From Bacteroidota bacterium (lineage in GTDB: Bacteria > Bacteroidota > Rhodothermia > Rhodothermales > Bin80), in the NCBI GenBank assembly GCA_028873925.1, contig JAPPNA010000070.1, positions 13,821 through 77,820 of the forward strand: DNA of 64,000 bases, in the 5' to 3' direction. A program made the position numbers and the translations under genes. Below are positions 26,785 to 36,576 of the stretch, piece by piece. The number at the start of each line of letters is the position of its first letter. The stretch's first letter is position 1. Under the pieces are notes generated by a model. That model searched no databases, was not told the DNA's origin, and worked only from the letters and a program-made list of their open reading frames with translations.

Positions 26785-29700
26785 TGATGCGAATGCTTGC
26801 AGGCAATCGCCCGAATTGGCGGGCACTTTGGCCGTTGCCCTGTTCGGCGGCCGGCATGCCGGGTTGGCATCCGGCACCGATCGGGTGGGGGCTGCTGCTG
26901 CTTGCTTTTGCTTACGGTGCGCGGGCACAGACCCGTCCCGAAGCGGGCAGAGATCAGCGTCGCACGGGCATCCATGATGGCAACCTGGTCTACACCCGCT
27001 ATTCCAATTACGGCAACCTGGGATCCCGGTACGAGCCGCCCAAGATGGAGTGGCCGAAAGGCTCCGGCACCTGGTATGGATTTGAATTCATCATGATGGC
27101 TGGCGCGGAAGTGCAGGATGCCAACGGGAGACTCATTAGAGTCGTATCCGAGAATTACACCAATCCGGGATCCTTTGATATCAGCCCCGACGGTTCGCAC
27201 ACCTATGGATGGGAGCCCCTGGCGGATTATTTCAATCCGGGAGCCGCCAATGTGCACAATTATCCCGCCATGAGCCACCTCGCAGAAACATGGCCGGCTT
27301 CGTGGCCTCATGATTACCCGGGCCCGGCAGGATCCCGGGATGGGCGGTGGAACGGGGAGTTCGGCTCCTTTGTCCGGGCTGATCAGGAGAGCTATTACGT
27401 CATGGATGACCGCAACAATGACGAATTCGACTACTACCCGTTTGTCGGCACTCCGCAGGACTCGGCAGCTTTCCCGTCCGGTCTGCGGGGGCTGGGTCTG
27501 GAAGTAAGAGTTCGCGGGTACCAGTGGGTTTCTGTTCAGGCCGAGGATATACTTATTGTCCGCTACGACATCAAGAACGTCAGCCACAAGCTGCTCAGGC
27601 GCGTTGTATTCGGCATGTATGTCGATCCTGCTGTTGGGGGGCAGGGTGATTCAGTCGATGATTTTGCCGACTTTGAGCAGGTTGATGATATCGTCTATAT
27701 GTGGGACCGCGACGGAATAGACAACCGCGGTCGCCCGGGAGTAGGGTATTTCGGCTTCGCTTTCCTGGAGAGTCCCGGAGATCCGCTCAACGAAATAGAT
27801 AATGATCAGGATGGCATTGTTGATGAGCGGCAGGACAACCCTCGCGGCATCATGGTCGCCGGGCAGGATGAGATTGAGGCCTATGTGGATTCCCGATATG
27901 ATCGGGCCCAATTTGAAAGTTTTTACGGATCCTTATCCCTGCGCCCGGCCTTTGAGAGCGGAGTGTGGTGGACAGGAGATGAGGACATGGACTGGGTGCC
28001 CTATCTGGATGCCAACGGAAACGGACAGATGGATGCCGGGGAATTGATTCTTGACGACACCGGTTCCGACGGACTGGCCCCGCAGGCGGAAGGCTACACA
28101 GGGCCTGACACCGATGGCACCGAAGGTAACGGGATTCCAGATGAAGGTGAACCGAACTTCGGCAAGACCGACAACGATGAATCGGATCAGATAGGCCTGA
28201 CCAGCTTTGTGCTGCGTCCGGCCGGGAATGTCAGTGATGATGCCCGAACCTGGCGCGAAATGGAGCCGGGGAGTTTCGGCGGGTCCATGCCCAGCAACCT
28301 GGCGTTCATTTACGGATCAGGTTACTTCGAGCTGCCGAGGGAAGAGACGCGCAAATTTGCCATTGCTAACCTGTTCGGGCGTGACTTTGATGATATTCTG
28401 CGCAACAAACGCACGATGCAGCGGATTTACGATGCCGATTATTCCTTTGCCCGGCCGCCCAACAAGCCGACGCTGACGGCTGTTCCGGGGGATCGAAAGG
28501 TTACCCTGATGTGGGACAATCGGGCCGAGTTCTCCCGTGACCCGATCTACGGGCGCGACTTTGAGGGATATCTGATCTACCGTTCTACGGATCCGTCTTT
28601 CAATTCAATCAAGACGATCAGCGATGCCTTCGGCAACCCTACGCTCTGGAAGCCGATCATGCAGTTTGACATCAAGAACGGGCTATCGGGTCCGCATCCG
28701 ATTCAGATTGGCGAGTCGGGCGCGGTGTACAACACAGGAAGCGATACCGGGCTGCGGTACTTTTTTGTCGACGAGGGGCTGGACAACGGTCGGACCTATT
28801 ATTACGCCGTTGCCTCCTATGACCGGGGTTATGACACGGATTTTTTTGCTCGCGGCCTGAGCAACAAGGACAAACTCACACCCATTGCACCGAGTGAGAG
28901 CTCAAAGATCATTCAGACCGACCTAGTCGGCAATGTTACCTTTGTTGACCGGAATACGGCCGTCGCGGTACCCAATGCGCCGGGTATCGGCTTCATTGCG
29001 GGGGATATAGAGGGGGACTTGGAACATGTCGGACCGGGCACCGGCCGCGTGGATATTGAGGTGGTCGTTCCCGACAGCATCCGCAGCAACGCGCAGTATT
29101 CAGTCACATTTAGCGACACCACGCGCTCTTTGCTTACGAAGGGGATTCGGATTGAAGAAGAACTGTCGGGCCGTGTCGTATATGAGGCTGCCCGGTTTGA
29201 CAGCCTGGATCTGGTGACGCGGATTCGGGAGGGGATGCGTTTCAAGATTTATACCCCTGAGGCCGCCGCACCTGTGGTGTTCGGCTGGACTCAGGGTACC
29301 AGCAATGTTCGGGCCAGCATCGATCTCGTGCCGTCTGGCCGCAGTGTAGCGCTGCCGGAGGATATTGAGATTCGGATAGGTCAGCCCGGCATGGACACCA
29401 GCTTTGTGCAATTCGCTTTTGAGCAGGGAATCCCGGTCAATTTCAGTGTATCCAGTGTAACCACGGGTGAGCCGCTGGAATTTCTGTTTGAGGAGACCGC
29501 GCAGCCGGATGGCCTGTTGAGCGCTGGGGATAGGGTAACCGTTGTGTTTGATATCAGCGGATTGCGCTTCAACTTGGGATGGCGCTTTACTTTCACCGGG
29601 CCGCCTGGCGAGCAGGCGACTCTGCCGGAACAGGGAGATGTTTATGCCCTGCAGGTGTCCAAGCCCTTTTCCTCGCTCGACCGCATCGTCTTCAGGACGA

Positions 29701-30053
29701 GAGCATCATCGTTCGATGAGGCGCTGGCCCAAAACAGTCTGGACAACATTTATGTTGTGCCGGACCCCTATGTGGCGAGTGCCTCCTGGGAGCGTCCCCT
29801 GTTCAACCAGACAGGCAGGGGCGAGCGCCGGATTGACTTTGTCAACCTTCCGCCGAAGTGCACCATCAGGATTTTCACGACATCAGGCAAACTCGTCCAG
29901 GTACTAGAGCACGACAGTGCTCCGGAAGACGGCACCGAGAGTTGGGATCTGGTATCCAAGGATGGTCTCACGGTGGCCTTTGGGGTCTATATTTTTCATG
30001 TGGAGGCTCCCGGTATCGGCAGCAGGATGGGCAAGTTTACCCTCATTAAGTGA
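26784..30053 (+). CDS. Large secreted multidomain protein (Asp-rich Ca-binding-type repeats, FN3-like module, C-terminal T9SS/FlgD-Ig-like sorting domain)
   Basis: Its ATG overlaps the upstream stop (TGATG). Motifs: signal peptide 'LLLLAFAYGARAQ'; 'DNDQDGIVDE', 'DANGNGQMDAGE', 'DTDGTEGNGIPDEGEPNFGKTDNDESD'; FN3-like 'PTLTAVPGDRKVTLMWDN...GYLIYRS'; C-terminus 'CTIRIFTTSGKLVQVLEH...GVYIFHVEAPG...GKFTLIK'. Confidence 0.75.
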   Translation: MMRMLAGNRPNWRALWPLPCSAAGMPGWHPAPIGWGLLLLAFAYGARAQTRPEAGRDQRRTGIHDGNLVYTRYSNYGNLGSRYEPPKMEWPKGSGTWYGFEFIMMAGAEVQDANGRLIRVVSENYTNPGSFDISPDGSHTYGWEPLADYFNPGAANVHNYPAMSHLAETWPASWPHDYPGPAGSRDGRWNGEFGSFVRADQESYYVMDDRNNDEFDYYPFVGTPQDSAAFPSGLRGLGLEVRVRGYQWVSVQAEDILIVRYDIKNVSHKLLRRVVFGMYVDPAVGGQGDSVDDFADFEQVDDIVYMWDRDGIDNRGRPGVGYFGFAFLESPGDPLNEIDNDQDGIVDERQDNPRGIMVAGQDEIEAYVDSRYDRAQFESFYGSLSLRPAFESGVWWTGDEDMDWVPYLDANGNGQMDAGELILDDTGSDGLAPQAEGYTGPDTDGTEGNGIPDEGEPNFGKTDNDESDQIGLTSFVLRPAGNVSDDARTWREMEPGSFGGSMPSNLAFIYGSGYFELPREETRKFAIANLFGRDFDDILRNKRTMQRIYDADYSFARPPNKPTLTAVPGDRKVTLMWDNRAEFSRDPIYGRDFEGYLIYRSTDPSFNSIKTISDAFGNPTLWKPIMQFDIKNGLSGPHPIQIGESGAVYNTGSDTGLRYFFVDEGLDNGRTYYYAVASYDRGYDTDFFARGLSNKDKLTPIAPSESSKIIQTDLVGNVTFVDRNTAVAVPNAPGIGFIAGDIEGDLEHVGPGTGRVDIEVVVPDSIRSNAQYSVTFSDTTRSLLTKGIRIEEELSGRVVYEAARFDSLDLVTRIREGMRFKIYTPEAAAPVVFGWTQGTSNVRASIDLVPSGRSVALPEDIEIRIGQPGMDTSFVQFAFEQGIPVNFSVSSVTTGEPLEFLFEETAQPDGLLSAGDRVTVVFDISGLRFNLGWRFTFTGPPGEQATLPEQGDVYALQVSKPFSSLDRIVFRTRASSFDEALAQNSLDNIYVVPDPYVASASWERPLFNQTGRGERRIDFVNLPPKCTIRIFTTSGKLVQVLEHDSAPEDGTESWDLVSKDGLTVAFGVYIFHVEAPGIGSRMGKFTLIK

Positions 30054-30059
30054 CAACCC

Positions 30060-31178
30060 ATGTTCGGCAGGCGGTTTGGATCGGGTGAAGTCAAAGACGT
30101 TGGACGCAACCGGTACGTCGCGCAACTCACCGTGATTCTCCTGTGCAGTCTGATTGCGGGATTGTGGCTGCCCTATCGGGTGGCTGGTCAGGAAGAGGAT
30201 CGCCCGGTCAATTTTGTGGAAGATGTCACGAACGCCGGAACGAGTGCCGCCGCATTTCTGGAGATTGGGGTAGGGGGTCGCGCGCAGGCCATGGGCAACG
30301 CCGGCGTTGCGCTGGCGTACGATGCTTCATCGATGTTCTGGAATCCCGCGGCTGCTTCAGCGATGGAGGAGAAGGTTCTGGTTTCATTTGACCACACGGC
30401 CTGGTTTGCCAACACCCAGTTGGAGTATGTCGCGGCGGTCCTGGATCTTCCGCGGATTGGCGCGTTCGGGCTCAGTGTGCTGAATTTTCAGATTGTGGAT
30501 CAGGCACCGGTGCGCACCATCCTTCAGCCGGAGGGCACCGGTGAATTCTACAGCGCATCGGATCTGGCGCTGTCGCTGACCTATGCCGCGCGGCTCACGC
30601 CCCGCTTTATGGCGGGTCTTTCGGGCAAGATCATCCAGGAGACCCTGTGGAACGAACAGGCCCGTGCGTTTGCCTTTGATCTGGGAATGATCTATCGCAC
30701 CAATCTGCCCGGCCTGAGTCTTGCGGCCGGGCTGGCAAACTTCGGAACCGGCATGAGGATCGAGGGCCGGGATTTGCGGCGCGCGTTTGATGACGATCCC
30801 CGCAATTTCAGCAATGATAAACTCAATGTGAACCTGCAGACGGATACCTTTTCTCTGCCGCTGCTCTTCCGATTCGGCATTGCCTACCAGCGCCAGGCAT
30901 CCATGCATCGCATGACGCTTGCCGCCGACGTTTTGCACCCGTCCGACAACAGCGAATCAGTCAATGCGGGACTGGAGTACACCTTTATGGATGCGGTATC
31001 CTTCCGGGCCGGAGTGGCCTCATACTTTGAGAGGGATCGAACAGGCGGATACACATTGGGTATGGGTCTGTATCACGAGCTGCTGGGACAGCTGGGCATA
31101 ACCGTTGACTATGCCTACGCGACCTGGGGTGTATTGAATGCCACCCACCGCTTCACGGTCACATTGGCCCGCCGATGA
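30060..31178 (+). CDS. PorV/PorQ-family (FadL-like) outer-membrane beta-barrel
   Basis: 'GTSAAAFLEIGVGGRAQAMGNAGVALAYDASSMFWNPAA' matches the characteristic N-terminal motif of PorV/PorQ proteins (recalled). It starts 7 nt after the upstream gene. Confidence 0.65.
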   Translation: MFGRRFGSGEVKDVGRNRYVAQLTVILLCSLIAGLWLPYRVAGQEEDRPVNFVEDVTNAGTSAAAFLEIGVGGRAQAMGNAGVALAYDASSMFWNPAAASAMEEKVLVSFDHTAWFANTQLEYVAAVLDLPRIGAFGLSVLNFQIVDQAPVRTILQPEGTGEFYSASDLALSLTYAARLTPRFMAGLSGKIIQETLWNEQARAFAFDLGMIYRTNLPGLSLAAGLANFGTGMRIEGRDLRRAFDDDPRNFSNDKLNVNLQTDTFSLPLLFRFGIAYQRQASMHRMTLAADVLHPSDNSESVNAGLEYTFMDAVSFRAGVASYFERDRTGGYTLGMGLYHELLGQLGITVDYAYATWGVLNATHRFTVTLARR

Positions 31179-31536
31179 TCAGCCTTCGCGAGCCCGGTCA
31201 TGGCAGGGGGCAGGTCGGATTCGCGGTTTTGGCATCCTGGTCGCATCCGGTTATGTGCACGGCTGCGGTACCAGGACGATCCGGGCATGCTTTCAATCCC
31301 GTCAGAAGCCGCAGCGGAATCAGCCCAGCGTATATGGCGGCACCGCGAGGGGGCCTCATTGTCCACGCTACTCAACGGCGGTGTACCATGGCCATTGTGC
31401 CTGCGTCTGAAGGGTATCAGCCAAGCGCATTACGGAGGGATGGCGGCAAATAGTCTCGCGGCTCCGGTGCCATAGGACAGGCACGCAATTCAGGAAATTT
31501 CTATCTTACCAAACTGTAACAAGACTCATTACTGCC

Positions 31537-34506
31537 ATGAAGACTCTGGTAATTATGCTGGTTTCGATGATCGTCGGGTCGGGTGCGGCCCTGGCACAGC
31601 AAGTGCCCCGACTGATCGTCAACGAATTTCTTGCTGATCCTGCTGCAGATGCCCCCGGTGATGCCAACGGGGACGGCACGCGTAGCGGGATGCACGACGA
31701 GTTCCTGGAGCTGGCGAATATCAGTGCGGACACGCTTGACCTGACCGGCTGGAAGGTGGGGGATGATGAAGCGATCAACTTCGCCTTCCCTGATGGCTAC
31801 ATGCTGCCTCCAAGGGCATTTCTGGTCATTTTTGGCGGCGGCGATGTCAGCAACGTTCCGGGATACGATGCGGACCCCCTTATGACGCGCGCGTTTCAGG
31901 CAGACAGCACGGTCGGCAACGGTTTCGCGAACGGTGGTGATTACATCGTGGTCCAATCGCCGGATGGAAATGAGGACATGTATGTCGCTTACAATTCCAA
32001 GACGGGGCAGGGGCCGCCGACATCAAGTGTCGTTGAGAATATTACATTCGAATTTGAAGTGCATGTGGCCGCGGCTGCCAATGAGGATGTGTCGGTCACG
32101 CGGAACCCGGATGGCGACATTTCCACCGAGGATCCGTTCGTACAGCATACCGCGGTGAGCGCGGCTCTGTTTTCGCCGGGCCAGACCGTTACCGGCGGCG
32201 ACACGGTCCCCAAGCCCCTTCCGCCCATTACCATCGTGTTCAATGAAATCCTGGCCGATCCGCCAACCGGCGATGCCGGTGATGCCAATATGGACGGCAC
32301 CCGCAGCTCCACCCAGGACGAGTTTGTTGAGCTTGCCAATGTGGGTGATGCACCCGTGGATATTGGCGGCTGGATGCTCGGAGATGATGAAGGTATCGCG
32401 TTTGTATTCCCGGAAGGGTATACTGTCGGGCCCCGGGAAATTATCGTGGTTTTCGGTGGAGGAGATATTTCAAACGTACCGGGGTACGACACGGATTCCC
32501 TGATGACGCGCGTATTCCAGGCAGACAGCACGGTCGGCAACGGACTGCGTAATGGAGGCGACATCCTCATGCTGCTCTCTGACGATGGCTCCTATGACAC
32601 CTGGTTTGCTTATGGCAGCAATGCTAATACGGGAGGACCAGCCGCAGGCACCTATCCGGATGGTACCGATTTTGAGATTGAGCAGGACATTGCCGCACCG
32701 GCTGGCGCGGACAATTCGGTGACACGATATCCGGATGGCAATATTGGGGTGCCGGACCCGTTCGTGCAGCATCTGCAGGTCAGCAGCAAAGCGTTTTCGC
32801 CTGGGGTTACCGTGGATGGCCGCACGAGGGTTCCGCCGCCGCAGCCTCCTGTGACTATCGTAATCAATGAGGTCCTGGCCGATGCCGCCGGTGATGCCAA
32901 CGGTGATGGCATGCACGATGAAATGGAGGATGAGTTCATTGAACTGATTAACACGAGCGAAACGGACGCGGTGGATCTTTCCGGTTGGAGTGTTGGAGAT
33001 CCCGGAGGGCTGACTTTCACTTTTATGGATGGCTTTATCCTGCCGCCGCTCAAATTGGTGGCCGTGTTCGGGGGCGGGGATGTATCCGCAGTGCCGGGAT
33101 ACAATGAAGATCCGCTCCAGTCACGGGTGTTTGCGGCCGATGGCATGCTGGGTGATGGCCTGGATGAAACCGGAGATCATGCGGTACTTGTGAGCCCTGA
33201 CGGTTCTTATGATGCTTACGTCGCCTTTGGGAGCGCAAGCGGAGGGGATGCTCCGACGATTATGAGCGGCGGCATGGCCGTAGACTGGGAGTTCACCTTG
33301 AATACGGGAGCCGAAGCGGACATGGATAATTCCATTACGCGTGAGCCGGATGGCGATTTCCTCAGTGCGGATCCCTTTGTACAGCACTTGACCACCGGTG
33401 AGGGACCCTGGTCGCCTGCGACAACCATCACCGGAACGGGCGGTCTGGATGAATTCATAGATGTCCCCCATCCATGGGGGACCGGGTATGTGATGGCGTT
33501 TAATTGGTGGGAACGTGATCGGGTGGAGATTCGCGATGCACCGCAGCTCTTCCCCATTCGCATGGACGAAGGTACCATCGAGCTCTGGTTCAGGCCCGAC
33601 TCAGTGCTGACCAATGACACCCATGATCCCGACTGGACGTACCTGTTCGGCAAAAATCTCGCGGGCAACAATCCCGGCGACCTGGGGGTGGGATGGCGTC
33701 GCAGCGAAGGTCGCCTGTTGTTCTTTATGCAGGATGGCACAAATACAACCAATCTGGAGCAGGGAACGGATATCCGCACGAAGTTTCATCCGCGTTGGTA
33801 CCATGTAGCGGTAACCTGGGATGTGGCGGACAAGATGCGGATGTACATCGATGGCAAGAAAGTGGCCGAAATCGAATCCCAGGTGCCACTGCTGGGAGGC
33901 ACGATGCAGGCGGCCATCGGCAACGGAGCCTCTGATCTCTGGAATGACCGGTATGAAGGCTTCCGCGGGATGATCGATGAGGTTCGTGTTTCGTTGGTGG
34001 ACAGGTATTCCGGTGCGGACAGTTTTGAGCTCCAGACGGCCCCGTTTGAACCGGATGCGATGACTCTGGCGCTATGGCACCTTGACGAAGGGCAGGGGCC
34101 AACTACGGAAGATGCCACTGGGAACGGATTTACGGGAACGCTGGGCGGATTTGACAGCGACGGGAACTTTGACATGGCCACCATGCCGGTCTGGGTTGAC
34201 GCGGCCACGCTGGTAGGAACAGAATCCGGAGCGGAAGTACCGGAGCGGTTCGTGCTCGAACAGAATTATCCGAATCCCTTCAATCCGGCCACAACGATTT
34301 CGTACACGGTACCACACACGGCGGATGTACGGATGAATGTCTATGATGTACTGGGCCGGCGTGTTGCCGTGCTGGTCGATGAGGTGATGTCTGCGGGAAC
34401 CTATACGGTCAATTTCCGGGCGGATCACCTGGCCAGCGGGGTCTACTTCTATGTGCTGCACGCAGCTGATGCTCATCTGGTACGCAAGATGGTGTTTGTC
34501 AAGTAG
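31537..34506 (+). CDS. T9SS-secreted protein with three tandem lamin-tail (LTD) modules, a LamG/concanavalin-like domain and a type-A T9SS C-terminal domain
   Basis: There is a signal peptide. The motif 'NE[FIV]LADP..GDANGDG....DEF[LVI]EL.N......L.GW..GD' occurs three times. LamG-like 'GTIELWFRPD...WYHVAVTWD...MYIDGKKV'. CTD 'LEQNYPNPFNPATTISYTVP...GVYFYVL'. Confidence 0.85.
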   Translation: MKTLVIMLVSMIVGSGAALAQQVPRLIVNEFLADPAADAPGDANGDGTRSGMHDEFLELANISADTLDLTGWKVGDDEAINFAFPDGYMLPPRAFLVIFGGGDVSNVPGYDADPLMTRAFQADSTVGNGFANGGDYIVVQSPDGNEDMYVAYNSKTGQGPPTSSVVENITFEFEVHVAAAANEDVSVTRNPDGDISTEDPFVQHTAVSAALFSPGQTVTGGDTVPKPLPPITIVFNEILADPPTGDAGDANMDGTRSSTQDEFVELANVGDAPVDIGGWMLGDDEGIAFVFPEGYTVGPREIIVVFGGGDISNVPGYDTDSLMTRVFQADSTVGNGLRNGGDILMLLSDDGSYDTWFAYGSNANTGGPAAGTYPDGTDFEIEQDIAAPAGADNSVTRYPDGNIGVPDPFVQHLQVSSKAFSPGVTVDGRTRVPPPQPPVTIVINEVLADAAGDANGDGMHDEMEDEFIELINTSETDAVDLSGWSVGDPGGLTFTFMDGFILPPLKLVAVFGGGDVSAVPGYNEDPLQSRVFAADGMLGDGLDETGDHAVLVSPDGSYDAYVAFGSASGGDAPTIMSGGMAVDWEFTLNTGAEADMDNSITREPDGDFLSADPFVQHLTTGEGPWSPATTITGTGGLDEFIDVPHPWGTGYVMAFNWWERDRVEIRDAPQLFPIRMDEGTIELWFRPDSVLTNDTHDPDWTYLFGKNLAGNNPGDLGVGWRRSEGRLLFFMQDGTNTTNLEQGTDIRTKFHPRWYHVAVTWDVADKMRMYIDGKKVAEIESQVPLLGGTMQAAIGNGASDLWNDRYEGFRGMIDEVRVSLVDRYSGADSFELQTAPFEPDAMTLALWHLDEGQGPTTEDATGNGFTGTLGGFDSDGNFDMATMPVWVDAATLVGTESGAEVPERFVLEQNYPNPFNPATTISYTVPHTADVRMNVYDVLGRRVAVLVDEVMSAGTYTVNFRADHLASGVYFYVLHAADAHLVRKMVFVK
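31609..33435 (+). repeat. Three in-frame tandem repeats (~200 codons each) encoding LTD-containing modules
   Basis: Units start at 31609, 32227 and 32851. Shared blocks include 'VFGGGD[VI]SNVPGYD.D.LMTR.FQADSTVGNG' and 'DPFVQH'. Confidence 0.8.
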
Positions 34507-34517
34507 TCCGTCAGATC

Positions 34518-34542
34518 GGCGGGTGGACCGAGTCCGCCCGCC
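34518..34542 (+). terminator. GC-rich hairpin 12 nt after the LTD gene stop (possible intrinsic terminator; no clear U-tract)
   Basis: GGCGGGTGGAC-cga-GTCCGCCCGCC forms an 11-bp stem with one mismatch, followed by GGTAATTTCC. Confidence 0.3.
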
Positions 34543-34602
34543 GGTAATTTCCGCGGCCATCAATTAATGTTGGCCGGGTGCGGCTATCGGTCTCGTGTAA
34601 GG

Positions 34603-36573
34603 ATGAGTTCAGGGACCTGGTGCAGTGCGATTTTCGTCTGCCTTGCAGGTATGTTGGTCGGACGAACCACCTCCGCGGGTGTGGTATTCAGGTATTTACC
34701 CGGATCAGCGGAGCTGTCTTCAAGGGTGCATCCACATTCTGTAGAGGCCGGACCGTTCCTGGATCCGCTTGAGCGTGCGGCAAGATGGCCGGGGGGTTGG
34801 GGCTACGCGCCTGTCTGGGCCGCAGAATTTGAGGGTCGGTCGTCCACACTGTGGGGCGGTCCAACAAGGGACCTGCACCAGCCTGCAGGCCCGCGACTTA
34901 CCGCCGAGGTGTGGCTGCGACTGTTTGAATCCGACACATATCATTCGCTACTCAGCAATCGAATCGGATCGGAGGGCGGATTTACTTTGGGGCTGGATTC
35001 CCAAATCCCATACTTTGCGATCAGCATTGGCGGAATATTGTACCGCATCAACGGGACGCAGGAGGTCCTCACGGGACAGGATGTGTGGATTGCGGCCTCC
35101 GTCGAATACACATTCTCCCATACCCTTGTCCTCAGCATTTATCGGGACGGGAGACTGGAAGTGCAAGAGTCCATGCCGGCGACGCTTACCACCCCGTACG
35201 CCATTGCCAGGCCGTTCTTCGTAGGCACGGAGGCCACCGGAACGGAGGATGCCCCCTTTCTTACAGGCACTCTGACGGGGTTGCTGTATGCCGCAGTGGT
35301 GCGCGACTATGTGGCACATCCGTTGTATCTCACCACAGTGCCGCCGTTTGACGGAAGCAGGTATTTTGGTCTTCCCGCGTTCCATGACTATGAGCTGGGC
35401 GGGTTTGATCTGCCCATGGATCAGCGGATAGACTCTTATGCTACGCCTGTCGTTCGGAGATTCTTTCTGCCCCATGTAAACGATGCCTTCATCCCCCAGG
35501 GTACGGCCGTCCGGAGCGATGCGGCGGGTCGGGCGGAGTTCGTATATGTGTCCTACTACCATCGAACCCGCACTAATCGGCTGGCGACCCGCCGCTCCAT
35601 TGTTGTTGAAATTGACGCTGTTCGGGGGCGGGCGCGTCGCACCTTTCAATTGAACGGTCTGTTGGCTACCGCTCATGTAGGGGGAATTGCCCTCGTAGGC
35701 GAAGCCCTGTACGTCGCTTCCGAGGGCATCCTGGAGCGCTATCCTATACCGGAATATGATCCGGCTGCCAGCAGGTATATCGATCTGATGCCGGACACCG
35801 ACGGGACGAAACGCGTCTTGAGCAAGGCTTCCTTTGTGTCATCCTTCCAGGATACCCTGTGGGTCGGCGATTATCGGACCGCTAGTCAGCCGCAGCCCTT
35901 CCTATACGGCTATGGACTGGATGAGTCCGGTCAGATTGCACCGGGGACCGCTTCTGCCATCTACCCTATTCCACGCCGGATTCAGGGGGTTGACTTCTTT
36001 GTCGCCCGCGGCACAGTCTACGTCTTTATGGCGCGTAATCGCAGCAGTCGCGAAGCGGAGGTGCTGCGCTTCAAGCGTGCTGATCTACGTTCGGGGGCGA
36101 TATCTCCATGGGAGGCCAGCCTCACCTTTCCGCATGGAATTGAAGATCTGGCCTTTGCGGAGGACGGGACACTCTGGACGAATTCCGAATCCGGTACGGA
36201 CTACTACCAGCGAACAGCCGGGTGGTCTACCTTTTTCCCCTTCGTATACGGCGTGAGTATGTCGGAGCTGCTGGTGCGCGTGCCGGAACGTCAGGTTGGT
36301 CCGCCTGTGCGTTCAGACTTAGGCATGCAGGTTTTTCCGAATCCGGCGACAGACGAATTAGCAATCAGTTACATGCTGGAAAAGCCTTCTCCGGTGAGAA
36401 TACAGATCATCGACCTCTTGGGCCGGCGCGCACTGGATGCCGAGTATCCGATGCAGCAGCCGGGTGCTCAACATGTGAAGATGCGGGTCAAAGATCTGGC
36501 GGCCGGTACCTACTTCGTGGTGGTGGATGCGGCGGGGCACCGGGGTCGACAATCCATCGTCCATCTCCGTTAG
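34603..36573 (+). CDS. Secreted protein with a LamG-like N-terminal region and a T9SS C-terminal sorting domain
   Basis: The ATG at 34603 gives the signal-like 'WCSAIFVCLAGMLVGRTTSAG'. 'LTAEVWLRLFESDTYHSLLSN...GFTLGLD' is LamG-like. CTD 'MQVFPNPATDELAISYMLEKPSPVRIQIIDLLGRR...GTYFVVV'. Confidence 0.7.
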   Translation: MSSGTWCSAIFVCLAGMLVGRTTSAGVVFRYLPGSAELSSRVHPHSVEAGPFLDPLERAARWPGGWGYAPVWAAEFEGRSSTLWGGPTRDLHQPAGPRLTAEVWLRLFESDTYHSLLSNRIGSEGGFTLGLDSQIPYFAISIGGILYRINGTQEVLTGQDVWIAASVEYTFSHTLVLSIYRDGRLEVQESMPATLTTPYAIARPFFVGTEATGTEDAPFLTGTLTGLLYAAVVRDYVAHPLYLTTVPPFDGSRYFGLPAFHDYELGGFDLPMDQRIDSYATPVVRRFFLPHVNDAFIPQGTAVRSDAAGRAEFVYVSYYHRTRTNRLATRRSIVVEIDAVRGRARRTFQLNGLLATAHVGGIALVGEALYVASEGILERYPIPEYDPAASRYIDLMPDTDGTKRVLSKASFVSSFQDTLWVGDYRTASQPQPFLYGYGLDESGQIAPGTASAIYPIPRRIQGVDFFVARGTVYVFMARNRSSREAEVLRFKRADLRSGAISPWEASLTFPHGIEDLAFAEDGTLWTNSESGTDYYQRTAGWSTFFPFVYGVSMSELLVRVPERQVGPPVRSDLGMQVFPNPATDELAISYMLEKPSPVRIQIIDLLGRRALDAEYPMQQPGAQHVKMRVKDLAAGTYFVVVDAAGHRGRQSIVHLR

Positions 36574-36576
36574 AAT

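Noticed and set aside
25666-26928. A 420-aa ORF lies antisense to the TBDR-like and 1090-aa genes.
   Set aside because: It spans the boundary of two well-supported plus-strand genes, is Arg/Pro/Gly-rich with no motifs, and is a typical high-GC shadow ORF.
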